DNA of 64,000 nucleotides, from contig OX597836.1 in assembly GCA_951406725.2 (NCBI GenBank), positions 13,392,001 to 13,456,000 on the forward strand, read 5' to 3'. Below are positions 1 to 13,380 of the stretch, piece after piece. A program made the position numbers and the translations under genes. This DNA comes from Octopus vulgaris. Lineage: Eukaryota. The stretch's first letter is position 1, and each line of letters starts with the position of its first letter. Below the pieces are notes generated by a model. It saw nothing but the letters and a program-made list of their open reading frames with translations. It did not search any database and had not been told where the DNA came from.

Positions 1-69
1 CTCTAGTGGTTGGAAGAAATATCGCGAGATTCGCGAAATAAACATTGCTTTTTTTATTTTATATTTATG

Positions 70-454
70 CTAGCAGTATAGCCCGGCGTTGCTCGGGTTT
101 GTTTCGACCCTTTAGAATTGGAATTTTTGAAAAGTAAAAATTTTGCATTATGTAGCTTGTTATTCTCTTTAAGTGAACATTTTTCTGGTTGAAATACACC
201 GATAAATGACGACACAGCAGTCAAAAAATCGTAAAAAATAAGGATTTTCATAGAAAAAAAGCATCTTTTTGATGATAATAATTTTTGGTGTTAACATGGT
301 CCAATTTGATTTTTTTCTTCTACGGAAGGAAGAGCAAGCCTTCTTCTATCATACTCTCAATTTTGGTCAACTTGCGCCGCAGGGTCTCGGAGGAGATAAT
401 GTTAGTTAAAGGCTACCAAACCTGCCACACACAGACAACTTATATAGAGAGAGA
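70..454 (-). mobile_element. Non-autonomous Helitron
   Basis: Minus strand starts TC(TCTC)TATATA and ends CCCGAGCAACGCCGGG hairpin + CTATACTGCTAG; close copy at 39274-39666. Confidence 0.8.
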
Positions 455-641
455 TTTCGATAAAACTTTAATAAGATATATGAAGGAAACACGATGTTTA
501 CAGATGCACATTCCTCGTAAAAGAAAACATTGAGAAATGTTCATTGGACCGTTTTCGATTTCTTCCAACATGAAGATTTATTTTCACATACAGTTAGAAT
601 AAGAATATTATTGCCATAGTCACAGATTTTGCTCTCGACGT

Positions 642-1392
<751 letters not shown>

Positions 1393-1419
1393 TATACTGT
1401 CAATAAAAAGAAACAATGA

Positions 1420-2060
1420 TGAAATGAAACAACGAATTTTAGAAGATATCGTGGTCTTCTTGCAGCACCACATAAACTTGCTGAGATGTGAGTCCACCGT
1501 AGAACGACGATTCCCACAGTGCCGTTTATTCCCCGCTTCAGTCGGGCCGACAGTACTTTCTACAAGTTGCCTAATGTTGCCCGTCTCCCGTGTTCATAAA
1601 CACAAACAGTTGCCACCCTGATATCAGTGTAAATAGTTACTCTCGTCAAAGTTCACAGCTGAATGCAGTATTCGAGTGCGTCACGTTACGAGAGGGTAAG
1701 TGGAAAGAAAAAATACTTCTCGAGTTTCGCGACACAAACCACCGAAATCCCATTGTTCGGGTAGCATTCGACCTAGATTTTTGCCTTCTATCGTCGAAAT
1801 TACAGTTTTGTTCATTTATACAATTCTACTGGGACCAACAATTTTCATTGGATTGCGGAGAAAAACTTTCGCGTAAATTTGCCCTCAATATTTTCATTGC
1901 CTTCCGCAGTAGAGGCATTAATCAGTAATTCCTTCTTTGAAAACTTGATAGTTGTCAATTCTTTCACCAACAGCAGGATGGGGAAATAGCGATACACTGG
2001 AGTAGCCATGCCAACATAGTTTCGACATCTGCTGTATGGACAATGGCTAAAATTCATTTA
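1420..2060 (-). pseudogene. Decayed Merlin (IS1595/ISXO2-like DDE) transposase
   Basis: Manual minus-strand translation across frameshifts: GRMLPEQWDFGGLCRETREVFF...RDAL...TIYTD...ETGNIRQLVEST...VDSHLSKFMW, matching the QWVFGG / TD / IES.W / SYL.EF.WR motifs of this family. Confidence 0.75.
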
Positions 2061-2229
2061 ACAGGAAAATGAAAATTTTCCTTCAATACATTTCACGTAA
2101 AAAAGAGAAACTGAAAGAACTTCGTTTTAGGATTTGGTTTGCAAGATTCTTTATGCGAGTTCGTATGTTGAAGCATATTCTGTTGTGTCTGGAGAGAGTC
2201 ATTCTCTTTTAGTGCCGTATAATTAACAC

Positions 2230-2535
2230 GTGGAGGGGCAATGGCCTAGTGGTTAGAGCAGCGGACTCGCGATCGCAGGATCGCGGTTTCGATTCTCAGA
2301 CCGGGCGTTGTGTGTGTTTATTGAGCGAAAACATCTAATAAGCTCCACGAGGCTCCGGCAGGGTGTGGTGATCCCTGCTGTACTCTTTCACCACTCTTTC
2401 TCCCACTCTTTCTTCTGTTGGCCTGCTCGCTTAGCCAGCGGGGTGGCGTCATTCGAAGGCTAAAACAATGCGAACGCATTGTGACCAGCGATGTGTAACA
2501 ACATCTGATGGTCTGGTCGATCACGTGATCACGTG
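2230..2535 (+). mobile_element. tRNA(Arg-like)-derived SINE family C, tail type 1
   Basis: Head GTGGAGGGGCAATGGCCTAGTGGTTAG...GGTTTCGATTC; 11-bp TSD ATAATTAACAC on both sides. Confidence 0.9.
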
Positions 2536-2705
2536 ATAATTAACACACTCACCGGTAAAATTTCCACTTATTTCTTCTTTATTTTCCTAAAATTTTCGTT
2601 TCAAAACTATTGAAAAGGTTGCAAGACGCAACGAAAATTTTAGAAAAAAAAAAAAAGACGAAAGAATTGGAACTGAAAGAACTTCATTTTCTTACATTAT
2701 CTTAC

Positions 2706-3105
2706 TCTCTTTTACATGTTTCAGTCATTTGACTGCAGCCATGCTGGAGCACCGCCTTTAGTCGAGCAAATCGACCCTGGAACTTATTCTTTGTAAGCCC
2801 AGTACTTATTCTATCGGTCTCTTTTGCCGAACCGCTAAGTGACGGGGACGTAAACACACCAGCATCGGTTGTCAAGCAATGCTAGAGGGACAAACACAGA
2901 CACACAAACATATACACACACATACATATATATACATATATACGACGGGCTTCTTTCAGTTTCCGTCTACCAAATCCACTCACAAGGCATTGGTCAGCCC
3001 GAGGCTATAGCAGAAGACACTTGCCCAAGGTGCCACGCAGTGGGACTGAACCCGGAACCATGTGGTTGGTTAGCAAGCTACTTACCACACAGCCACTCCT
3101 GCGCC
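2706..3105 (-). mobile_element. SINE family A, full length
   Basis: tRNA-like head, central domain, internal microsatellite, tail ...GGCGGTGCTCCAGCATGGCTGCAGTCAAATGACTGAAAC..TAAAAGAG. Confidence 0.92.
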
Positions 3106-3294
3106 TATGTATGATTTTTCTTTGAGTTTTATTTCAGTTCTTCTTGTGAGTTCACGCCGGTCGCTAAAAAAGAGGAAAGACTTTTGAGTTAAGTGTTTCC
3201 CATGTTTGTAAATATGTGTTTGTGTTGGTGTGTTGGTTGAACTGTCGACGCATACATCCAACTGTGCGCATGTATTCACATAAGAATCTCACAT

Positions 3295-4090
3295 GGAGAA
3301 TTTTTGGTAATGTCTTACAAACCTTCACTGTGCCACTAATAGAGATTGGATTTGGAGAAACCACGTCAGTTTCTTTCGCTCTTTCTTCGTGAGACCGAGT
3401 ATTCCTGGGGTTTTGTGCAAATTTATTGACACATAACCTAATGCACCTATGATGATAGGTACAAATGAGAATTCATTGTCACTGTAAGTTCCGTATTCAA
3501 TCGCCTTAAATGTTCTCCCTTTCCTGGATTTTGATTGTACGTTCACATCCGCTGGGCCTCTGGCCTCTACAACAGTGCATGACTTTGGTTCTCTGTGGCA
3601 TAGAAAAATATCAGGTTTGTTATGTTTGCATCGAATTGATGCTTATATTGAAGTGTTCCACAAGTATTCGTTGTTTTTAAAGGTGTGAATATCTGCTTGC
3701 TCTGACATGCCTTTGATGTAAATATCCTGTGGATAGCATTGCAAATAGTCTTTGAAACTATATCATACTTCACGGGCAGGTAGAATCTGATGATGTTGGT
3801 GATATCTTCCAGACTGGTATAGAAGAGCCGAGATATTTTAACACAATATGAAGCTTTGGTAGTATCTTTATTCTTCTTGTTTGTCCAGTGTTTAATAACT
3901 ATTTCTTGTTCCTGTATAGCGAAGGCATATCCTTCAGGGTGGGGCATAATGTATTTAAAAACGCAGGACCAGGAGAGGCTATTCTTCCTGTCAGTGCGCT
4001 TGTTGCCCTCTAGCTTACGGCTTATGGACCCATACTTATAAAAGAGAGCGTTTAGGAGAATAGATTCACGTGAATATACTGTTACCGCCG
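3295..4090 (-). pseudogene. R4/Dong-type non-LTR retrotransposon C-terminal relic (zinc knuckle + restriction-like endonuclease)
   Basis: EGYAFAIQEQEI...KYDIVSKTIC...KHNKPDIFLC...VPIIIGALG...ISGTVKVCKT; frameshifts and stops. Confidence 0.8.
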
Positions 4091-4540
4091 CCATTTTTCG
4101 TTGGACCGATGTATGTAAGCTCTTATGTATGTCATACGGGGAGTAGAAAACATGAATTAACTAAGAGTATCGTTGCAATTATTTGATAAAGACACCCTCA
4201 AGACGTGTTTGAAAATCTAGGAGAACTGGAAGCAAGTTAAAATAACAGGAATAATTTTTGCTAGATGGTGCCATTACAATGAAACTTTCTTGTCTTGCAG
4301 ATGTTCTTCTTAATATTTTTGGACTTTAGGATGTGGTTTGAGGGAGATTTGCTATCTATTTCTTGCCGGTCTAGCAACTAATACATGTTACTATCAAAGC
4401 ATTACCAAATAATGTTCTTTTAACTTCGTTAGGATATTGAATGAAACAAAATAGTCTGTTATTTTTAATATGCCAATAGACACTGTTGTTTTATCTTTGC
4501 TGTTTTGTCAGTGTCTCTCCTATCTTTTTAGAAGGTTGGG

Positions 4541-5000
4541 GATTTGTCTGCTATTTCTTGCAGGTGAAGCGATTCACACTTGTTATATTCAATAGCTTAG
4601 GGTGTGTATGGTTTGAGGGAGAATTGTCTGCTATTTCTTGCAGGTGAAGCGATGCACACTTGTTATATTCAAAAGCTTAGGGTGTATATGGTTTGAGGGA
4701 GATTTGTCTGCTATTTCTTGCAGGTGAAGCGATGCACACTTGTTATATTCAAAAGCTTAGGGTGTATATGGTTTGAGGAAGATTTGTCTGCTATTTCTTG
4801 CAGGTGAAGCGATTCACACTTGTTATATTGAAAAGCTTAGGGTGTGTATGGTTTGAGGGAGATTTGTCTGCTATTTCTTGCAGGTGAAGCGATTCACACT
4901 TGTTATATTGAAAAGCTTAGGGTGTATATGGTTTGAGGGAGATTTGTCTGCTATTTCTTGCAGGTGAAGCGATTCACACTTGTTATATTGAAAAGCTTAG
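4541..5000. repeat. Tandem array, 80-bp unit, about 5.75 copies
   Basis: GATTTGTCTGCTATTTCTTGCAGGTGAAGCG... recurs at 4541, 4621, 4701, 4781, 4861, 4941. Confidence 0.95.
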
Positions 5001-5271
5001 ACTGCTATTTCTTGCTTTTTAGCGACTTATATTGTATGCGTTTTTCCTGTTTTGTTACAACGAAAGGTTGTATTTTGAGAGAACTTTTCTACCATCTTTA
5101 AACGACTGCTTAACAACTGTCTATTTGACTCTTACGTAACATAAACAAAAGTAAGTGCCTTTCACTCAATGTTTATGTTACAACAATTTTTTTTAAAAGC
5201 AGAAGCAAACACCATTTGTCATTTGAGATATTAGCGTAAAATACCACCACCACCACCACCACCAATAATAA

Positions 5272-5455
5272 TGGTTTCAGATTTTTCCACAAAGGCAGCA
5301 ATTTTGGGGGAGGGAATAAGTCGATTACATCGATCCCAGTGTGTAACTGATACTTATTTCATCGATCTCGAAAAGATGAAAGGCAAAGTCGACCTCGGCG
5401 GAATTTGAACTCAGAAAGTAAAGGCAGACGAAATACTGCTAAGCATTTCGCCCGA
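5272..5455 (-). mobile_element. SINE family B, diverged copy
   Basis: GATGAAAGGCAAAGTCGACCTCGGCGGAATTTGAACTCAGAA core. Confidence 0.85.
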
Positions 5456-5866
5456 CACACACACACTCTCACTGCAGAATGAACTCTCCGTAACGAGGGT
5501 ATAACCATCACTCTCTATACGTACATGGCTTTATTGAATGCAACCAATAGGAATCAAGCTTCACAGTATTGTCATATTCTTTTTAACAAATTGAGATGAT
5601 TTATATCAATTAATACAAAAAAAAAAATGTATTTGTGGCGCTTAAATTTTATTTTGTTTCCTGGTTGTGTCTAGGTTCAGTAGTAATTCTTCTTGTTCAA
5701 TGACAAGCGGAGGGCAACTTTCTGATCAAACCGAAAACCGGTTAGCTGACGAGGGATACACAGACCTAGTTTACTTAGTCATCGTATTTCAAAAGTGTAA
5801 GAAGTCTTTTGTTCTGCGTCACACACATACATAAACTAGTCTGCACTTTGCCACTCGATCGGAAAT

Positions 5867-6038
5867 CGAGCTGAGCCGAGCCGAGCCGAGCCGAGCTTAG
5901 CCGAGCTGAGCCGAGCCGAGTCGACCCGAGCCGAGCCGAGCCGAGCCGAGCCGAGCCGAGCCGAGCCGAGCCAAACCGAGCCAAGCCGAACTGAGCCGAG
6001 CCGAGCCGAGCCGAGCCGAGCCGAGCCGAGCAAAGCCA
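5867..6038. repeat. (CCGAG)n pentanucleotide microsatellite
   Basis: Direct reading. Confidence 0.95.
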
Positions 6039-6301
6039 AGTCATTTCTGACGACACAACCATTCGTATATCAACTCCGTGAGGCTTTCTTGTATGTGTAT
6101 TATTGTTGTGTGTTTGTGAATCTGTGTGAACTTTTCAATCTATGTCTGTAGTTTTGTTTGTATGAAATTCTATTTCTTTTCGGATAGCTTCTTTCTTAAG
6201 AAATCAAGAGAGACAGACATCAAATATTAAACATCAATGTAGACGAACAATATTTTATGTTAATATGTTTATTTTTTACTATTCATATTCAACCTGGATA
6301 T

Positions 6302-6636
6302 CATTGGTTCTCAACCGAAGTCCATATGACCGTTGGGATTCCGTATAAGACTTTTGGGTGTCCAACAAGAAAATAGTAAATTGAGGACCCACAATAGCAT
6401 TTTAAGGGACCACGAAAAGATGTTACTTTAGATATATTTATTGTAAGAAACAGGTTTCTTCCTCTGACGTTTTACATAGTTCAACTTAACACAAGTTAAT
6501 GTGTGACAAACAAAATAGGAATTCTGAAACAAGTGTCTGTAAAACTAATTTCCAAACATCGAATGGCCATGGAGGTTCAGCTGAAAAGAACAGTAATCAA
6601 AGAGGTTCATATGTAGAAAATGGTTAAAGACTATTG
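6302..6636. mobile_element. Old hAT-type MITE
   Basis: Imperfect TIRs CATTGGTTCTCAACC / GGTTAAAGACTATTG resembling CAGTGGTTCTCAACC Charlie-like ends. Confidence 0.5.
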
Positions 6637-7211
6637 CTTTATATAATTGAATATTTGGCACCTAAGTGACAGATGTAATAATTTCAAGATAAATCTTGAG
6701 TTATAAAATCGATTTTATAGGATAAGGTAAAGAAAAAGCTTGAGGAAAAGAAACGTTGTATATCTTCAAATAAAGAACACTGGAAAATTTTTCATGCATT
6801 ATATGAAGATATTTTCACTGGTGGATATATTTTGGGTTCGAGCCTTTCTTTTTAACAGTGAAAGTTATCGACTCTTTATATTTGAACAGTCCCTCACCAG
6901 AACACATTAGTCCTGCTGAAAATTTTCCTGCTCCTTCCATTTCCTTAGAAGACGATAGCGAGAATTCTTCTACTTCATCTTTTTGCAAAGCCATGTCTAT
7001 GGCATTCGATGCAAGTGGTCAGAGATATCTGGTTGTTAGCCATTATTTTTTGGATATTTCTTCTGAAAATATACAATACAGATAAATCTTAAATGATACC
7101 AAAATTATAGTACTATAGAAATATGCTCAAATAATACAAATATACAATGAGTAAAATTGTGAACGATCATTCTTTAAGACAGTCATATTTACATAATTTG
7201 TATTGGTATAT

Positions 7212-7442
7212 ATTTCTTTATTATCCACAAGGGGCTAAACGTAGAGAGGACAAACAAAGACAGACAAAGGAATTAAGTCGATTACATCGACCCCAGTGCG
7301 TAACTGATACTTCATTTATCGACCCCGAAAGGATAAAAGGCAAAGTCGACCTCGGCGGAATTTGAACCCAGAACGTAACAGTAGACGAAATATCGCTAAG
7401 CATTTCGCCCGGCGCGCTAATGTTTCTGCCAGCTCGCCGCCT
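7212..7442 (-). mobile_element. SINE family B, full length
   Basis: Reverse complement of GGCGGCGAGCTGGCAGAAAC.TTAGC...AAAGAAATA. Confidence 0.9.
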
Positions 7443-7525
7443 TCCATAATTTGTATTGGTATAGTTGAGGTGTTTGCCAACACCACGATGTTCACACATA
7501 TAGACACAAAAGCAATTTGCAAATC

Positions 7526-7590
<65 letters not shown>

Positions 7591-7726
7591 GTATTTGTTA
7601 GTCGTACAAAGCATAGAATTGAGAAGTTTGCTTCCCAATCACGTTGTCTGGCCTTCAATCCTTATCCTTTTTTGAAATAGATCCAGGCTGATCGGATCAA
7701 TGATAGAAACACAACTGTCTAAGGTG

Positions 7727-8112
7727 GATGGAAGCACTCCGTCGGTTACGACGATGAGGGTTCCAGTTGATCCGAATCAACGGAACAACCTGCTCGTGAA
7801 ATTAACGTGTAAGTGGCTGAGCACTCCACAGACACGTGCACCCTAAACGTAGTTATCGGGGATATTCAGCGTGACACAGAGAGTGACAAGGCCGGCCCCT
7901 TGAAATACAGGTACAACAGAAACAGGAAGAAAGAGTGAGAGAAAGTTGTGGTGAAAGAGTACAGCAGGGATCACCACCATCCCCTGCCGGAACCACGTGG
8001 AGCTTTTAGGTGTTTTCGCTCAATAAACACTCACAGCGCCCGGTCTGGGAATCGAAACCACGATCCTATGACCGCGAGTCCGCTGCCCTAACCACTGGGC
8101 CATTGCGCCTCC
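7727..8112 (-). mobile_element. SINE family C, tail type 2
   Basis: Family C head with GTACCTGTATTTCAAGGGGCCGG...GTCGTAACCGACGGAGTGCTTCCA tail; TSD-like CTGTCTAA(G/T)GTG. Confidence 0.9.
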
Positions 8113-9480
8113 TGTCTAATGTGCCGCACAGTGGAACAGAATCCGAGATCACATGGTTGAGAAAATATCTCACTTCTGTGGTTCAACTTATACAGGAAAA
8201 TGTGAGACTAATTAATTTCCTTCTATCCTTATCGTTTACTTTTTCCAGGCATTAGACTGCAGCCATATTGAAGCATTGCTTTGGAGGATTCAGTCGAAGG
8301 AATCGATCCAGGTACTTATTTTTACGTCTGGTACTTATTCTATCGGTCTCAATTGCCGAACATCTAAGTTACGGGGACGTTTACATATCAACACCGGTTG
8401 TCAGGCAGTGAGTATCAATATAAAATACGGGAATGTCTACTTAAAACAGAGCAACTCTATATTGGTTGCAGCGCGAGGCAATTATGACAATTAAACCAAT
8501 TTTAGATTAGTTAAAATACATTTGTGACATACTTTAATTTCTAGAGGCAATTTCCCTACGGTTTTCGTGGATGAAAAAATACTCATTCATTTATTTTAAT
8601 TTGAAAATCATTTGTCTTAATTTGAAATCCACGTATTTTAATTTGAAGGTAAGATGTCGAAATTGCAAAAGTGAGAAATTGCAAAAGTATCGGTGATTTT
8701 TAAACATACTAGCTCATTTCTTTGCCGCACCCTGCTGTAAAAATATTTGCTAATTATGCGCATACTTTCATAAATTGTTCAAACTGAAAATGTTTCTTTA
8801 AAATCCGTGCTGCATCGCTTGTATATTGAAAGACAAAGAGAAACACACAAACAAACATACAAATTCCGCCGAGGTCGACTTTGCCTTTCATCCTTTCGGG
8901 GTCGATAAATTAAGTACCAGTTACACACTGGGGTCGATCTAATCGGCTTAATCCGTCTGTCTGTCCTTGTTGTTCGTTTTCACACAATGCATATTTTGTG
9001 CTTTCAATGCTAAACATTTCTTTAACTTTTCTTATATCTTTTTCTATTTGCCAATAACGCAAGCAATTATGAGTAGGTATTCATCGAAGTCATTGAAGTA
9101 GAATAGTTTACCTGTACATACAAGTGCAGTATAATAATAACTTTCAGGCAATGACAATTAGGTGTTGTCACTAGATATCCTCCATAAAGCATAATTTCTT
9201 AGGAAATCACATGACATCAGAAATTCCGAGAATACACTGTGAGTGGCAAACATTAGATATTTTATACATTTTCAACTTACTTACACAAATAATAAAATGG
9301 CACGTAAGTGGTTTTACGACCTGCTGAAAATAGTAGCTACATATCCTTCTCTCAAGCCCCATCATGCAGTTTTGATAATGTAATGCAGGTTATGCAGCTT
9401 CTTAAAACAAAAGAATGTTTCAGCTGCGTTTAGACATTGATAATTAGTCGGCGTGAGAAATGATGAGTCGGGACTCAACA

Positions 9481-9876
9481 GGTGTAGGAGTGTCTGTGTG
9501 GTGAGTAGCTTGCTTACGAACCGCATGGTTCCAGGTTCAGTCCCACTGCGTGGCACCTTGGGCAAGTGTCTTCTACTATAGCCTCGGGCCTTGTTAGTGG
9601 ATTTGGTAGACGGAAACTGAAAGAAGCTCGTCGTATATGTGTATATATGTATGTGTGTGTGTATATATGTTTGTGTGTCTGTGTTGCCCCCCCCCCTCAA
9701 CTTCGCTTGACAACCGATGCTGGTGTGTTTAAGTCCCCGTAAATTAGCGGTTCGGCGAAAGAGACCGATGGAATAAGTACTAGGCTTACAAAGAATAAGT
9801 CCTGGGGGTCGATTTGCTCGACTAAAGGCGGTGCTCCTGCATGGCCACAGTCACATGACTGAAACAAGTAAAAGAG
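9481..9876 (+). mobile_element. SINE family A
   Basis: Full head-to-tail match to other copies. Confidence 0.9.
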
Positions 9877-10054
9877 CAACAGCATCCATTTAAGAATTTG
9901 GACCTGGAGATCTCTATTTCCAGCGCTTTGAGGGCCACCTCCCAGTGGTGTCGGGCGTCAACGAAGATCCCTCGACTATAACAAGACGACCAAAGCTTCT
10001 TTTTTCCCAAGGTCTGGGGTCTCCCGCCCTTAAGCCCTAGATGGTTAATTTTTC

Positions 10055-10472
10055 GGATCTTTCGGTTTGAACGGCAGTTTTTTCTAGCGGTGTTATATGA
10101 AATTGTCACCCATAATTATGACCCTAGAATCGATCTATTGCATTTCAATCTGTTTTAGGGTTAGGGTTAGGGGTGGGAGGAAGGGTATCTTTTTTTCTTC
10201 ACAAATGTAAATAAACCCAATCTGTTTTTTAAACGAGGGACATATTCATACGACACAGAATGTTTTCACCTTAATAGACGTCATTGATTAGTTGAAATTG
10301 CAGAAATTGAAGAAAAAAAAGCAACAAATATCTTACAAACTATAGAATTTTCTCAATAAAGCCAAGAGAAAAAGATGTTTTATAAACACATTCTACAAGT
10401 ATACGAAGTTTAAAGGTGTTTAGTAACGTGGTAATTATTTAAAAAAAACTGCCGTTCAAACCGAAAAGATCC
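10055..10472. mobile_element. Merlin-type non-autonomous DNA transposon (MITE)
   Basis: ~29-bp TIRs GGATCTTT(T)CGGTTTGAACGGCAGTTTTTT beginning GG; 8-bp TSD AATTTTTC (10047-10054, 10473-10480); short internal TTAGGG run. Confidence 0.85.
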
Positions 10473-10992
10473 AATTTTTCTGTGAATTTTAAAGAAAGAA
10501 AAGCAGAGAAAAAATTATTGAGCGTTTGGTTGACCTCATTAATCAAATAAAGTTATCGCTGTAATGGAGAATAAGTAAAATGCATTAATTAAATGAGTAA
10601 TTCTGGTAAAAAGGAATAAAAGACAAGATTATTAATTCCGTAATTAAAATTAAATGTGGACCCCAATCAGGTCCAGTTTTACGTATGGATCAGGGTCTCT
10701 GAGTAGAAGTAAGCGTTGAGTCCCTTATAACCCTGAAAAGCCTAAAGCTTGGCGTTAAAAATTAAGCAATTATATTTCAACAGCAATCAAATTATTTGTA
10801 ATGTTTTTTTTAATTGTTTATTTTCTTTTAATCCAATAGAATTCTTTTAAAATTATTGAACCCTTTCGATTATTTGGCCCTGTTAAATTACTGGGAAACA
10901 TTAAATTTGAGTTCTTTCTGAAGCTTCCGAGATTTTATTAAGTTTGGGTACATCTACAAATTGTTTGGGGTCTCCAGATTAAATGAAGCCTA

Positions 10993-11225
10993 TCTGTCCT
11001 TGTTTGTCCCCTCTATGTTTAGCCCCTTGTGGGTAGTAAAGAAATAGATATTTCGTCTGCCGCTACGTTCTGAGTTCAAATTCCGCCGAGGTCGACTTTG
11101 CCTTTGATCCTTTCAGGGTCGATAAATTAAGTACCAGTTACGCACTGGGGTCGATCTAATCGATTTAATCCCTTTGTCTGTTCTTGTCTGTCCCCTCTTT
11201 GTTTAGCCCCTTGTGGGTAGTAAAT
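10993..11225 (+). mobile_element. SINE family B, head-to-tail partial dimer
   Basis: 3' end AAAGAAATA joined to GATATTTCGTCTGCCG of the next unit. Confidence 0.88.
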
Positions 11226-12179
11226 ATATAAGGAAGTTGTTCGTTTTCACACAATGCATATTTTGTGCTTTCAATGAGACAGAATAGCCTGCTATTTCTA
11301 GCTTGTCGAGCGACTCATGCATGCTAGTCAAAACTCGTATAAAAAAAAAGTTCATTTCATTACGTTTGGATGTGGTTTACAAAAACAAAAAAAAAAAAGA
11401 CTATTACTTCATTTTTGTTATTTTGTCCGTCTTTTCTATTTGTTTAGGACGTTCGGGAATAATTTCAGGGAGATTTCGCCATTGTTTCCTACAGGTAAAA
11501 CGACTCATACTTGGTATAGTCAAAACTTTGGAGAAAGGTTCTCTTAAATACGTCAGGGTGTGTATGTTTCGGGGGAGATTTGTCTGCTATTTCGAGCAGG
11601 CGAGGCAATAGTCTAACGACTTGCTATATTTTATGCATTCTCCCTATTTTGCTAGAACGTAAGTTTGGTCTTTGAAGGGTATTTGAAGGGTATTTGAAGG
11701 GTATTTTATGCTATTTTTAACGACTACCTCACGATACGATTGTCCATTTAACACTTATAAACAAAAAAAAAAAAGTTTTTTTTTTTACTTGATATTTATG
11801 TTACGACAATGTTTTAAAAAATGAAGCACCATTTGTCATTTGCATATATATAAGCGTAAAATACATAAAAATAATAACAATAAACATCTAAAGATGTTGT
11901 GACTTACCCCGACGTTATAATACTTCACTCTCTCTCTCTCTGTCTGTCTGTCTCTGTGCGTGTCTCTCTCTATTTCTATGAAAGAAGGTCAACCTAGCGA
12001 GATCTAGTCATACACAGATGTATGGTGTAATAGAAGTAGCCAATAAGAATCAAGCTTCAAATAGTCTCCTATTTTCTAGGAAAAAGGCGTATAAATTAAT
12101 ATGGAGTATTGAGTCACGGTAGGGCAAACACAGATACAGAAACATACACACACACACAAAGATACCGACACACACATAC

Positions 12180-12216
<37 letters not shown>

Positions 12217-13380
12217 GACGGGCTTCTTTCAGTTTCCGTCTACCAAATCTAGAAAAAGCGCGGGCTAAAACTACGCGCCTTCACTAGTCAGTTATGGTGA
12301 GACAGTGTCGCGTGACAACTTGCTGGGGCTGCCTGCTGGAGCCTAGCGGCAGATATCTAGAGGGGAAAAAGTCAGTCAGTCACCGGCTGACACTAGCTGA
12401 CGACACATCGAAGAAAGCCAGGGAACAGAAGAAAGAAGACATGCACCCAACACCAGAGCTGAAGACACCTCCGGAAGGTGGGGCCCCGCCACGTCAAAAC
12501 GGTAGAGGAGTAGGGGCCAAAACCGGACGTGGTTCCTCCTGATGATGTCTTGAGCTAACTGGATCCTATAAAGGAGCTGTTGTGGTAGCAGACCTCGAAA
12601 CACGGTTGTAATTCTTTCCAACTGCGGTTTTCAGAGGCCCAGTATCGACAGAACTTGGCCGTCCAGATAGAGAGAAAAATTTCCCGAGCGAAACTGACCA
12701 AATAATCGTTCACATGGCCGGACATTCATAAGTAAAATGAATATTTTGAATCGCCTATTTTGAATTCGTACTGCATGTAGTATTTAACACGGTCTTGATC
12801 TGAACTATTTTAAAAAGTATTTCGTTTTTGGAGTCAAGACTATTGAAAAGGTTGCAAGACGCAACGAAAATTTTAGGAAAATAAAAATAAGAATAAGTGG
12901 AAATTTTATCGGTGAGTGTGTTACATTATAAGGCACAAAAAGAAAATGACTCTCTCAAGGCTCAACAGAATCTTTTTAAAAGGTTAAAACCTATACGAAT
13001 TTAGGCATTATGCTATAGAGCAATTTTCAAAGAAAGGGAAAAAACAACATTAAATGGTAAAAAATAATATTTATTGTAACGGATGTATTGAAAAGTCCTG
13101 GGGCCGATTTGCTTGATCGACTAAAGGCGGTGCTCCAGCATGGCCGCAGTGAAATGACTGAAACAAGTAAAAGAATAAAAGAAAAGAAAGAAAATCGCAG
13201 ATGGCCTAGATTTCTTCGCAGGACATAGTTTCAATTCGCAGACCTCTGAATAATGTGCTCAACACATTTCCACTGTACTTCTTTGCTCAACGAGTTTGTC
13301 AGCAAATAAATAACGAGTTATTTCTTATCTTGCCTGTTCTCAAATTATTTCTACCTCAGAATATAGGTTATTTATGTATT

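Noticed and set aside
10155-10178. Telomere or telomere fusion site
   Set aside because: Only three TTAGGG units, inside a TIR element
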